DNA from: the human T2T-CHM13v2.0 reference genome, Homo sapiens
Direction: 5' to 3' (one strand)
Length of the DNA stretch: 64,000 nt
NCBI RefSeq assembly: GCF_009914755.1
Contig: NC_060940.1
Shown: positions 1 through 12,443 of the stretch, in pieces
Layout: each line of letters begins with the position of its first letter
Numbering within the stretch: position 1 is the first letter of the stretch
Position numbers and translations under genes: made by a program
The notes under the pieces: generated by a model
What the model saw: the letters and a program-made list of their open reading frames with translations, nothing else
Told to the model about the DNA's origin: nothing
Database searches by the model: none

Positions 1-360
1 GTATTAGTCCATTTTCACACTGCTTGATAAAAACATACCGTAGCCTGGGAAGAAAAATCGGTTTAATGGACTTACAGTTCCATATTGCTGGGGAAGCCTT
101 ACAATCATGGTGGAAGGCAAGGAGGAGCAAGTCACGTCTTACACGGATGGCAGCAGGCAAAGAGAGTGAGCTTGTTCAGGGAAACCCCTGTTTTTAAAAC
201 CATCAGATCTCACGAGACTTATTCACTATCATGAGAATAGTACAGGAAAGACCCACCCCCATGATTCAGTTGTCTCCCTCCAGGTCCCTTCCATAACACA
301 TGGGAATTATGGGAGATACAAGATGAGATTTGGGTGGGGACACAGAGTCAAACCGTATCA
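1..360 (-). mobile_element. THE1 (THE1A-like) MaLR solo LTR, clipped by about 1 nt at the window edge
   Basis: Reverse complement of the THE1 LTR throughout: GTATTAGTCCATTTTCACACTGC at 1, CCATCAGATCTCACGAGACTTATTCACTATCATGAGAA, ending GATTTGGGTGGGGACACAGAGTCAAACCGTATCA at 360. Confidence 0.93.
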
Positions 361-384
361 CTCTCCCACCCAACACTTGCAGAA

Positions 385-412
385 ACACACACACACACAC
401 ACACACACACAC
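385..412. repeat. (CA)14 microsatellite
   Basis: Uninterrupted AC run read directly. Confidence 0.95.
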
Positions 413-2496
413 CCCTTCCTACGTCCTACATCCCTGTACTTGGAAAGCAATCATATTTAAATCATTGCTGCTGGAACTTTAGTTGACTTTATAAGTTACA
501 TTTTACATAAAAAGGCAGCAGTGGTGAAGCTGGAAGAGGGCACCTAGACTTTGATTTCAGGCAAGATTTTGTTAGGTCCCAGTATTGGAACTTCCGGTTG
601 GTGGATTTTGCTCAAGAATAGTTTTCTCTTTGTCTAACGCTTCATGAGAGACAACCTAAATAAAGCCACAGCCAGTGTTACAGAAATAGTGTTTCGTGAT
701 TAAAATAATGGTACTTATTTGGGAGAGTTACTTGCCACGTTTCAGATGATTTGGAGGTAGTCTTTTCAGGAATATTCTGAGTTTGTTTCTTGATCTCGAT
801 AGCAGCAACCTTTCCATTTGCTCTCTGTCTGGTTTCTCTGTGTCTCTCTTTTTCCCTCAAACATCGCTTTTCTTTTTTTAAAACAAGAATAAATCCCTTA
901 GGACCTTGCTAAGTTATTACTTATATTGTCGCTTAAAAAAAACTTTGGAAAGAGGCTCTGGCATACTTTAAAAAAGTTAAGCACACTCAAGCCTCTTTAA
1001 TTCTAAATTCAGTTTTGAATATGCTTGTACTGATGTCAATGACTTTTCAAAAGAGAGTGTCCCAATTATTTAGGTGGCCAAGAGAAACAGCTTTAATTCT
1101 TTATCACATAAATATGCTTCAAACCACGATTTAAACCAGATGGATGGAGCACTGGATTAGTGGTGGGGCTTCTTGGCTGATCTGAGTTTCGCCTCCTCGA
1201 TCTTGCCTGGGTCTGTTCTGTCACTTGGATCTTACCAGTCCTGGCAGGCACACAGCTCTGTGAGATTTTCCTTCTGGCTTTGCATGAAGCTTTTGAAAAG
1301 AAAACACATACATGCAAGTGACCTTTCTAGGGTTGTTTCTAGTTTCTTCGTCTTACATAAAGCCCCTGCTAATTTAGCATGGTGTGTGCCCGAGTTTATT
1401 TTCTTTTTAACAACTTTATTTATGTAATTAAGCGAGTGAAGTCATACATTTTATTGATCTAATGAAACGCATTTCATGGTTCCTCCTGCCCTTCATCTTC
1501 TGACCTTCCCCTTCAGATCACAGCCCTTTACTTTCGTCAATGAGACGCCACTTAACAATTTTCCACCTTGCCAAATTTGAGGTCCCCCTCAACATTAACG
1601 GGGAACCCAATATCAGTTCCTTAAATGGGAGCAAAGATTGATGTCAATATAAACTAGGACACACATTCATATTGCAGAAAGGGTAAGAAATCCTTACACA
1701 GAACGAGTACGGTCTCTAACAGTAAAGTACAGAACAGGTGGTTCTCATTTTAGTATATTTAAACTTCAGGTCCTTAAATGTTCTTTTCTTTTTCCTTCAT
1801 TCTGTTTCTTTATTATTTTAATGGAGTGCAAGGTGCAGTCTTTTTGAAGATGTAGAATGTGGCCTTATAAAAGCTAAGTGCTACTTTATATTTCTACTGT
1901 CCTTGCCCGTGGCCTGCACTGGGGAGTTGTATATTGTATCAGTAATTTTAAAAGCCAGCAAGTGTTCTACCAGCTGAAGAAGTTTTCCTAATGGTGGCTG
2001 GTCAAACGTATTACTTAACTAGGCGTATAGAATTGGGGGGAAATGCAGGATGTAATGAAATGACATTGGTCAATCCTCAGTAAATGTTTTTTTCAAAGGC
2101 TTGGCACAAAAAATGTGCAAAATCTTGGAGGTAGATTTTTTTGGGGGCATTTGTCAGGGAAGAGATTAATATAATACTCAGTGAATTCAGGCAAGTCCTC
2201 AAGAAGAAAAATTTAAGGAGCAAATATGTGAGCCAGGATCTCATGCTGGACTATCTAAGCAAGCATGTAGGAAGAGTTTGTTTCTTCCTGCTGTGGCCAT
2301 AGAGGTTTGGTTGTCACTATGAAGAATGGGCCTGTGTTTTTTTTTAAAAATATGCTGATCTGGGTGAGGTCACATTTTGCTATTCTCAGTGGAGGGAATA
2401 ATTGGGATTATCTTATGATTTTTTTTCTCTTTAATTTTCTTACAAAGGAAAAAGAAAGAATCCAATTTGTTATAAATAACTGCTGAGGGCAGTACA

Positions 2497-2823
2497 TGTT
2501 GCAGGTAGTCACTATCTGGGACTGGTGGCACAGGCAGTAAAGGATTCACCAAGACAGTTGTAGGTAAAGAAAGGTGGATTTATTGGAGAAGATAAGAAAG
2601 TACACTGTAAGGTTGCAACAGGCAGCCCAGCATGGAAGGGGCTGTCTGCAAAGAGGCAGGGGCTGGAGGGACTGAAGTTATACAGGGTCCTGTTGGAGGG
2701 AGCTATGTGCAGAATGAGGTCGAGGTCATTGTGCCTGCGGATTGTTTGTTGTTCTTCCCTACCCGGGGCCCACTCCTACCTGGGGCCTCTTCCTCATTGC
2801 TGCTTACTTATTAGAACTCCACA
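2497..2823 (-). mobile_element. ERVL-type solo LTR remnant (family unresolved)
   Basis: TG...CA termini (TGTTGCAGG at 2497, CTCCACA at 2823), near 5-bp TSD GTACA/GTAGA, minus-strand AATAAA (TTTATT near 2580). Confidence 0.6.
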
Positions 2824-2943
2824 GTAGATTTTTTATAAATGCAGACACATACAGACACCCACACCCACACATACAGACACACACAGAAACATATACACAT
2901 TTAGGTCGCGATTTCTTCACAAGGACATTCTTATAGACATGTC

Positions 2944-3040
2944 ATGAAGGGACTTGGGGCTCAGAGAAATGAAGTAACTCAGCTAAGTCTGTACAGTACT
3001 TAGCCAGGGGATTTAGAAATCCACCCAGGGATGGCTCCAG
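2944..3040 (-). mobile_element. MIR fragment
   Basis: GGGGCTCAGAGAAATGAAGTAACTCAGCTAAG resembles the reverse MIR core. Confidence 0.55.
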
Positions 3041-3329
3041 TTGCATGTTTCTTTTCATTTGACACGGGATGGCCTAATGGGTCCCCACCAGGGGTGGCTT
3101 GGAAAGGAGAAAGCAACTGCATTCCCACTGGAAGGTGTTCTGTAGCAAAGTGGAGTGAATGCCACCAATAATGAGTTCCAAACAGGGTATGTGTTTGCAG
3201 ACAGGAGCTACATACATTTGAAAATTAGGATGATTTGAAATTGAAATGAGGGCTTATGCTGTTCATTGGATTAATTTTTCTCTCTTATAAATAAAAAATA
3301 TATACAAATAATACATAAACATTGTTTTT

Positions 3330-4300
3330 CACTGTGGCTTGAATTTTCTAACAATTTTTTTCTTCTTCTCAGGAAATGTTTTCTTCTTATACCTCCAAAA
3401 TAACCACTGTTGACAGTGTATTGTTAACCTTGCTAGAAAAAAATATTTATTTTTGATCCATACACGTAAATATGCATACTCATAAATATGCATTCATATT
3501 TTGTGTATGAGTACACTTGTTAATTTACATGTATGTCTTGATTTATATACATTGTTCTATACCTTTCCTTTTCCCATAATTTTATGGATTACATTTATTT
3601 TCATTTCTGTATATTTAGTTAATTCTTTTAAAAGGCTGCCTGTTATCCCATTGTCTGTCTTCACCATCATTTACTTACGTAATAAATCTGTTAAATAATT
3701 TTAATATAAATCTATTCATCTATCCATCTATTAAAAGAGATTTAAGTTATTTCTAATCTTTGCATATTATAAGTTGCATTTCAGCTTATACCTTGACTTT
3801 CTTTGACATATACATCAATAGGTAGAGTATATTCCTAGAAATTCAATTGTGGACCAATGAGATGTACTTCAAATTTTTAACAGATATTTCAGTATTGACC
3901 TCCCAAAATGTATTCACACACCCACCAAATCTAAGTGTCTGTGTAACACACAGATGCTGATTTGGAGTATTACCATTTTAAAAAAATAATATAGCTATCA
4001 GTCGTGTAAAAAAAATCCTCACCATTATTTCTTAATTTTACATTGTAATTGTGAGTGATGTTGGGTAGATTTTTGTACTTTTATTGACCATTCACATTTC
4101 TTCTTTTCTGAACTGCCTTTCCATATTCTCGGTCCAGCTTTCTATAAGATTGCTCTCATTTACTGGTGATAGCTCTGTGTAAATTAAGGAAACCATCACC
4201 ACCTTCGAATGGCTGACTATTGTAAATATTTTAATGTTTGTCGTTTGTTTGCAACCTTGTAATTTTTTCCTGTGCAGCAATTTTAACTTTCTATATTCAA
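3330..4300 (-). mobile_element. Old L1 (L1ME-like) 3' fragment
   Basis: T-rich, with antisense L1 3' motifs such as ATATTCCTAGAAATTCAATTGTGGACC and CCATTCACATTTCTTCTTTTCTGAACTGCC. Confidence 0.65.
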
Positions 4301-4477
4301 ATATACTCTGAATGCACAGTGAGTTTGGCAGAATACCATTTAAGTCTTGTATTTTCCAAAGCTAGTCAACATCCAACTGCCAATGTTGCCTGAACAGGAA
4401 ATATTTATACCTGAAAGCGTCCAGGTGAGAGTCAGGAAAGCCATGAAGGTGCAACTGGCATACTGATGTCACTTCTT

Positions 4478-4772
4478 CTTTTTTTTTTTTTTTAAGACGG
4501 AGTCTTGCTCTTTTGCCAGGCTGGAGTGCAGTGGTGCAATCTCGGCTCACTGCAACATTTGACTCCCTGGTTCAAGCGATTCTCCTGCCTCCGCCTCCCA
4601 AGTAGCTGGGATTACAGGCATGCACCATCACACCCAGCTAATTTTTGTATTTTTAGTAGAGACGGGATTTTACCATGTTGGCCAGGATGGTCTTGATCTC
4701 CTGACCTCATGATCCACCCGCCTCGGCCTCCCAAAGTGCTGGGATTACAGGCGTGAGCTACCATGCCTGGCC
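4478..4772 (-). mobile_element. Alu (AluSc-like), full length
   Basis: Poly-T, both arms, ends CCTGGCC; perfect 15-bp TSD CTGATGTCACTTCTT at 4463-4477 and 4773-4787. Confidence 0.97.
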
Positions 4773-4889
4773 CTGATGTCACTTCTTAGGCTAATTTCTG
4801 TGAAATTGTGATTGGGAGGAAAAAGTGAACAGGAACTTAAAGCCAGCAGAGGAAAGCTACCTGCCCTTCACTGGTGGTCAGTGCATGGA

Positions 4890-5010
4890 TTCCAGAGACA
4901 GGGTGGGCACCAGTTCCTCACTGGGTCCTTTCTAGTTGCATGACCTGGGGCAGGTGACTTTATGTGGCTAAGCCTCAGCTTCCTGACATATGGCAGGAGT
5001 AATAATATCC
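4890..5010 (+). mobile_element. MIR fragment
   Basis: TGACCTGGGGCAGGTGACTT...AAGCCTCAGCTTCCTGACAT matches the MIR core. Confidence 0.6.
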
Positions 5011-6899
5011 CTTGAAGCCAACAAAATTCAATAGGCACATGCCATGTACATGCCTGTGTTATGCCGGGAACTTCTTAACATTTCCAGAATATGTGTAATC
5101 ATATTTGTTACATGCAATATGAAATTATGTGTAAACTGTCCAACCTGCAGGAGGCAGTAGATCAATCAATTACATGTGATTAATCCTCCCCCTATCTTAC
5201 AGAGAATAGGAGAGAAAATAGAGCTCCAAGGTGGAGGAAAAGACAACTGAGAGGAGGCTATTGTGATGTTTTATTACCATAAACTGCCAAGGGTTAGTCG
5301 TAGCCCTCCATCTGCCAGCTAATTCCGGTTTCATTAATATGAATATTCTCACGCTTCCAGAAGGAAATTCTTGGAATGTTATGGATCTCTGTAGCAGGCA
5401 CATGCAACGTCCAGTGCTTCCCTGCTGGTAATGTGGCGGTTTTATTATGCATGCCATACCCATGCTCTCTATTTCCTCGATAGGCCTTATAGAAATCACC
5501 ATGCTTCCTTTTAGAAGAAAATGATGGTATCACATGGAGAACGAGCTGAGGAGCTTGACAATCTTGGCAAGGCTTATCAAAAGAAAATTCATGTGTTAGC
5601 CTTAAGTTAACACTACTTTTATTAAATTCAGTTTTTATCACAGCTGATAACTTGGAGATGTAAGCATTTAGAGACAGAATTCACTTATGAATGTTCTAAA
5701 ATGTCAGAAAGTTTAGGATTCTCTTCAGGTAGTTTCCTTTCTCTCACTTGGAGTGACATGTTGGACCCGTGGCATTGTCCCGAGGCAACGTTGTGGAATT
5801 TTTAGAGAGTGTTTGTCTGTTAGCTGTTTGTTTTGAACATGTTCACCTTTGGCTCTGACCTGCCATCATGGAAAAAAAGTGTCAATGTGTTGGGAAAGAA
5901 ATGGGCTGCTTCTCTTTTCTCCTCCCTCCTCCGTCTCCTTCCCCCGACCCTCCTCCATCCCCTTCCTGCCCCCACTCCTCCTGCTCTCCAGCCTGGCCTC
6001 TGTCCCCTCTGTGTTCCTCCCCTTCTTCCTTGTATCCTTAATGACTTCCAGGTGTGCCTGCTGGGTCAGGCTTCTGGCCCCGTCCTGGGGAGGCTGGGTC
6101 TGTGCCTCCACAAACACAAGACCAAAGTTAGGGGGTGGGGGACTCCAGAAGTACAACATCAGAGGAAGAAAAAAAAAACTTTGAAGTTTTGAGGATGAAA
6201 TTGGTAAAAATAATTCTAGATGAAGATAGACCCGTTTACATTCCAAGGAAGGGAAATGTTTTACCCAAACTGTTTCCATGGACCCTGTGGGTTCTTGTTA
6301 ATACTGTTCAACCTTGTGATTGAAAGCCCAAGCCCTGTGATCCACAGCAGGGGCCACAGCCAGAAATAATTCCCCGAGAATACTGCGTGTGCCTTCAAAT
6401 GGTCCTTGATCATTTTTCTTGGATGCCCCACTTTCCAAAGGCCAGAAATTGTTTCAGGGAGTCATTCCAGTTGGGGAAGGTTTTATGTTCTAAGAGCAAG
6501 GTGCTGTACTCATAGGAAAATGTGTAATTCGTCATGATCCTTTTGTGTGGAGAGGATGGCGGTGGTCCACTTCTCAACTTGGGAGTCCCTTAGTGACTCA
6601 TGATGTATCCTTCAGTACGCTGCCCAGTGCCTTCCCCATTTGACTTAGATTTTCTGCCACAGTTTAAGTATCACCTCCTCTATGAAGTCTTGCCAGACAC
6701 ATTCCTCGTCTCTTTCCTGTTGGAACAACTGCCTCACTCCTGTGGCCCCACTGTGCCATAGACAGGTTAGAGAACATGGGCCCTGGCATCAGACCTGGCA
6801 GGCAGTCTTGATTAGGCCCGTTATTAGGGTGCTCTGGGCAAGTAAGTTTACCTGTGCCAGGGATGCACCTTTTTAACCCAACACTTAGAGGGGTCCTCC

Positions 6900-7080
6900 A
6901 TGTACAGCCATGATCACAACTCTCTAACGTGGTCACTTGCTTGCACACACTTGTTTAGATGTCTCTGCCCTGCTGTTAATTAGACTGTGAGCCTCCAGAG
7001 GGTGAGACTGACATCTCATTTCTCTTTGCAGTCACAGCAGAGATGCAGGCCCACAGTAGGGACTCACCAGATGTGGCAGG
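6900..7080 (+). mobile_element. L2 3' fragment
   Basis: TAGACTGTGAGCCTCCAGAGGGTGAGACT...CACAGTAGGGACTCA is the L2 3' end motif. Confidence 0.6.
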
Positions 7081-9252
7081 GTGAGGGAATTGTCCATAGA
7101 TGCCTTAAAGATATGCTATCCACAGGAGCAGAGAGCACAGCAGGCTGGATGCCAAGGAGAATTCGACCAGGGTAAGGCTTACAGGCAATCCATTCAGTGC
7201 AGAGTCTTCCCCCATCCACACATATAACTCCCTTTAGTATTGATGACCTTTCTCTCCTGAAATATTACAGAAACTGCCCTGAACGAAGATAGATGGTCCC
7301 CCCTCAGCGTTCACACATGGTTCCGTCTCATCCACCAGCTTCCCCGGCCCCATTCCCTCTGTCTCAGGAAAGTAATAATAGTAACTCATAATAATAGTTC
7401 AAAATAATAATAATCATACCTGGGATTTATATTTCAGCGTGCCTCCTAAGAGGGCAAATAAACCATTTTACACAATGCAGAGAGAAGGACAGATTTTCTT
7501 TGTGCTGCTGCTGATCACGTTAAGCCAGGAGAGATTTACAGTCAAATTCCAGCTACAGAAGCAAAGTGTTGGTGCCCCGTTGGCATGTGGGGATCCACTT
7601 TAATGTTGTTCTCTTGGTTTTGCTTAAACTGCCAAGTGAATTACTGTAACACACTTTGCCTGCAGTTAATTTGACATCTAGTGCCAGAGAGCTGCTTTAT
7701 ATTTTTCAAGGCAAGCCAGGGTGAAATTTTTGCAAAAAGATTTGTCCATCATTTTTACTGATGTCCAAACACGATGTCTTTAGCTTCTTTGGAATCGAGC
7801 TGTGGAAGTCACGTGGGCTTTTTCTTTTTTCTTTTCTTTTTCTTTCTTTCTTTCTTTTCTTTTTTTAAGGATCACAGAAGAAAAGCAGGCCGATCTTGTT
7901 GAAATGTTTTTAAAATCTCCAAATAATAAAATAGGTTTAGGGTGTTTGCTTATGAAAGCTGACTTTCACCAGAATGATTTATATGCATCATGGGCAGAGG
8001 GGCAGTCCAATAAAAGAGGCAGAAAGGGCTCTTGAAAAATGTCCCTGGGCACTTGCCCGAATGACTTTAGTGACAGTATCTACTAAAACTGATACTAATT
8101 CTGTTACGTGTTATGGCGCATACCCAAGACCCTCCCCATAAACTATTTGAAAGAAGCAAAGTTGTAATTCTCCAAATACGGACTTGTACATTTCTGATCA
8201 TTTTAGCACCAACATTGGTTCAAACTCTGGCAGCCGACCACAGTTCCAGCTGAGCTTTGCTGCGCTGTCAGCACCATGGGGCCTGATAAAGCATTTTTGG
8301 ATTTTTCCTACTCACAGTGCCCCCATGGTCTCAATGCTGTTGAGAACATTAAGCTCCTTACCTGTGTTTTGTGGTTGTTGTTATTGTTTTTCTTTCTGGT
8401 AAAGGACTTTATCTGCAGTCCTAACAAATTGACTTACGTTAACATTCTAACTCGTGGCTAAACCAAAAATAAACTTGCAGACCCTGCCCTGAAATGCACG
8501 CTCTGAGCAGTCTATTGGATGCGGTGGTGTGGCCGATTTCTTGGACTTGCTACATTCTTAGGCAAGTGACATCTCCCTTCATTTGTACAGAGGGAGTTAG
8601 AATTGAATCGAACTTCCACCGCAGCATCCGCCAGCTCTTATAATCACTTGCCCTTTGCTGATGGTGAGTTTTTAGCTGCTTTCTCTCCTACCATACAGCA
8701 CTGACACCTGAGAAGTCCAGTCCTTTTGGAGTTCAGTAGATTCCTTGTCTCTGGAAAATCAGCAGAAAACAATGCAGCCTCCTCTTGATCTCCCCTGAAC
8801 TTTGCAAACCTCTCTCAGCATTGACCGCATGAAGGGTGGGTGCCCTGAGGCAGGCAAGCCACCAGGTGGTAATTAAGAAGCAAGAAGCGCTGCTCCCAAT
8901 TCTCTAGATCTGGATTTAGAGGCCAGTTGGCTTCAGAAAACATCTCATTCACACAAAATGGGACATGGTCTTTTGTCTGTTAAACATAAGCTTTCAAGGT
9001 GAGTTGTGCAGAGGCAAGTCTGCTTGTTTCATCAAGCTGACGTTTATACTTCTGAGTAAGTAGGGGGATCCGGAGAGTCTTCTTGTCACTCAAACAGTTT
9101 CCGTACGTCAGTTTCACACCTCTGTTCTGCATGTCTCTGTTGGGAAGGATGCTGATGTCTGGGATTTGAAATAGAGATGGTTGGACCTCTGACTTTCAAC
9201 AGGAGGAAATCAAAATTAAAGGAAGAATATAGGCGTACGCTTAGAAAGGACC

Positions 9253-9723
9253 TGTGAAAGGAAGATAAATCTTGGGCCCCCAAATCACTAAGCTAAAGGG
9301 AAAAGTCAAGCTGGGAACTGCTTAGGGCCAACCTGCCTCCCATTCTACTCGAAGTCACCCCTCTGTTCACTGAGATAAATACATATCGGATTGCCTCCTT
9401 TGGAGAGGCTATTCAGAAACTCAAAAGAATGCAAACATTTGTCTCTTATCTACCTATGACCTGGAAGCCCCCTCCTCATTTCAAGTCTTCCTACCTTTGC
9501 TCTGAGTTGTCCCACCTTTCCAGACCGAACGAGTGTTCATCTTGCATATGTTGATTGATGTCTCATGTCTCCCTAGAATGTGTACAACCAAACTGTGCTC
9601 TGACCACTTTGGGCATGTGTCATCAGGCCCTCCTGAGGCTGTGTCACAGGTGCACATCCTCAACCTTGGCAAAATAAACTTTCTAAATTAGCTGAGACCT
9701 GGCTCAGATTTTCAGGGTTCACA
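9253..9723 (+). mobile_element. MER4A1 (ERV1) solo LTR, complete
   Basis: Starts TGTGAAAGGAAGATAAATCTTGGGCCCCCAAATCACTAAGCTAAAGGGAAAAGTCAAGCTGGGAACTGC, ends GGGTTCACA; 4-bp TSD GACC at 9249-9252 and 9724-9727; AATAAA at 9673-9678. Confidence 0.92.
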
Positions 9724-9905
9724 GACCTGTCAACATGAACTGTCAGTGGTGATAGCACCCGTTTTCAAGTCTCATTTTAATCGGAAGGAAGTTTTACCAG
9801 CTCTTTGGCTTTGTAGAAGGTCGAGTTCTCCAAATTTAAGAGATTCAAAAATGTCCTCCAAAGAAGTTTGGGGTGAAAACACATGACAGTTTCTTGTTCA
9901 TATTT

Positions 9906-10214
9906 GGCCAGAAGGAAGCAGTGTCCATTAGGTTGACTCTCCAGTGCTTCTTGGTGTTGTGATAAGCCCGTCTAGCATGGAGGGCCAGAAGGAAGCAGTG
10001 TCCATTAGGATGACTCTCCATTGCTTCTTGGTGTTGTGATAAGCCCGTCTAGCACGGAGGGCCAGAAGGAAGCAGTGTCCATTAGGATGACTCTTCAGTG
10101 CTTCTTGGCGTTGTGATTAGCCCGTCTAACAGGGCGGGCCAGAAGGAAGCAGTGTCCGTTAGTATGACTCTCCAGTGCTTCTTGGCTATTGTGATAAGCC
10201 CGTCTAGCAGGGAG
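9906..10214. repeat. Minisatellite, 4 copies of a 77-bp unit
   Basis: Units start at 9906, 9983, 10060 and 10137 with GGCCAGAAGGAAGCAGTGTCC...GCCCGTCTAGCA; few substitutions, copy 4 is 1 nt longer. Confidence 0.97.
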
Positions 10215-10349
10215 GAGATGTCTACACGGTGTTCTCCAAACTGCTCAGAAAAGAGCAGTAAGGACAGGATGGGGCCCAGTTAAGAGGTATATATCTTACC
10301 TTCTCTTTTTCTCCTTCTTCTCCATCTCCTGCCCTTACTTCTTCCTGCC

Positions 10350-10560
10350 TGTCATTTATTTATTCTTTTCACAGATATTTAGTGAGTCCTTGCTCTGTGT
10401 CAGGCCACAGTGTAGATATTCCAGGGATGGAGGTGACCAAGCAGACATGGCCATAGTGACAGGCTAAGGAAGCACAAATCACAAATACAGAAGATAATTC
10501 CTGGTAGTGACGGGTGCCTCCAAGCATATAAAACAGGGTAGTGAGATGGGAAGTTAGAGT
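10350..10560 (-). mobile_element. L2 fragment
   Basis: CATTTATTTATTC...AGATATTTAGTGAGTCCTTGCTCTGTGTCAGGCC is the reverse L2 3' end. Confidence 0.6.
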
Positions 10561-10576
10561 AGAAATGGCTCAATTT

Positions 10577-10765
10577 TGTGCTGGAACTGGCTGCACCAGC
10601 AGGAGCCAATGATTACCCATCTCCCATGTTTAGTGACATCATGTTGATAGCTTGATTTCAGCCATAGTGAGAATATTTTCACCACGGAAATTGGCACATG
10701 CTACACATCAGGGCTCCCTCCTCCCCACCAAAGCTGATCATTAAACATTTTCTAGAACATACCTG
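10577..10765. mobile_element. MER63A-like hAT MITE
   Basis: TTTAGTGACATCATGTTGATAGCTTGATTTCAGCCATAG...CACCACGGAAATTGGCACATGCTACACATCAGGGCT matches recalled MER63A. Confidence 0.75.
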
Positions 10766-10934
10766 GAAGGCATCTGGGAAGAGGTAACATTGATCTTAAT
10801 TGTTATTAGAGAGAATTTTCAATTTCAGTTGTAGCATGAAAAATCACAGAGTCCATTTATTTCTCCTCTTTGAGTCAGTATATCTCAAAACATTTTTTCA
10901 ACGTTAATAGAAATATAAGAAGTGCCTGGATCAG

Positions 10935-11247
<313 letters not shown>

Positions 11248-11844
11248 ATTTATCTGTTTTTTAAATAGCATTTTGGAGATGACAGAAAAAAAAATAAAGG
11301 AAAGAGAACGCTCATAGAAGTTTAAGGTTCAGAAGTATTTGGCTTTGAAAAAAAAGTTTAAGGGACTGTTTGTCATGGGGTCTGGTCTTCCAAATTTAAT
11401 GCCTCATTCCAGGTAGCTGCAGATTTTATAGTTTCTCTCAAAGAATGTCAATCCTATTGTCTTTCCCTGCTTCCCCCTCCTGGATGAAGTCTTTCTCTAC
11501 ACTCTTTTTTGGGAAGTTCCCAAATCTGTCAGTATATATTACAAAAACTGTTACCGCCTAACACATTAAATGTATTTAAATTATTTGTTCTATTAAAATG
11601 TCAGTGTATTTCTTGAATTTTAACTGTGCCTGAAGATCAATCATTGTAACAGCTGCAGGGAAGGCTTTATGACTTACCTGAACGGTGGTGTATTCTGTGG
11701 CTCGGCTAAGTGGATTCTTCGACTTTAATAGATTTTACTAGCTAGGACAAACCATTTGAGTGGCTTCTGTTGGAGTTTTATTCTTGATACATACCAATGA
11801 TTTACTCAGATCCGTTAGAAAAAATAGTTTTAGGGATGATAAAA

Positions 11845-12095
11845 ATTATGATAATAATATTGACAATAAATAGAGTATTCGCCAATATGTATAGAGTGCC
11901 CATTATGTTTCACACCCTATGTCTTGTGTGTGGTGACTCATTTGAACCTTATAGCAGCCCTGAGGGATAGGTGCCGGTTTGTCTCTATGCGCCCATGGGA
12001 AACTGGGGCACAGAGGTGTTAAGTAAGTGACCCAAGAACACACAGCTGGTAGGAGTTTTAGCCAATATTCCAGTCTCGATCTGCTGATATGAAGC
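11845..12095 (-). mobile_element. MIR, near full length
   Basis: GGGAAACTGGGGCACAGAGGTGTTAAGTAAGTGACCCAAGAACACACAGCTGGT is the reverse MIR core. Confidence 0.8.
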
Positions 12096-12152
12096 CGATG
12101 CAGCTAGCCACCATGTTATACCCACCCATAGTCATGAAAATAAGATGAGCTT

Positions 12153-12443
12153 AATTTTTTTCTTTTGAGACTGGGTCTTGCTATGTTACCCTGGGTGGAG
12201 TGCAGTGGCACAGTCATAGCTCACTGCAATCTTGAACTCCTGGGCTCCAGTGATTTTCAGCTTACTGAGTAGCTGTGACTACAGGCACAGGCCTCCATAC
12301 CCAGCTAAGTTTATTATTTTTTGGTAGAGATGGAGTATTGCTATGTTGCCCAGGCTTGTCTTGAACTCCTGGCCTCAAAGCGATCCTCCTGTCTCAGCCT
12401 CCCAAAGTGTGGAGATTACAGGCATGAGCCACTGCACACAGCC
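12153..12443 (-). mobile_element. Alu (AluJ-like)
   Basis: Diverged dimer; degenerate TSD AAGATGAGCTT / AAGGTCAGCTT. Confidence 0.93.

Noticed and set aside
5833-6279. Overlapping 111-137 aa ORFs on both strands
   Set aside because: Explained by a C/T-rich low-complexity tract that lacks stop codons.
8859-8873. CTCF-like CCACCAGGTGGTAAT; also look-alikes near 32991, 43656 and 53748
   Set aside because: Each lacks the conserved GGC or has an extra base in the core.
9906-10214. CRISPR-like array or miRNA cluster
   Set aside because: Units are contiguous with no unique spacers, the DNA is primate, and the stems (about 8 bp) are far shorter than a pre-miRNA.
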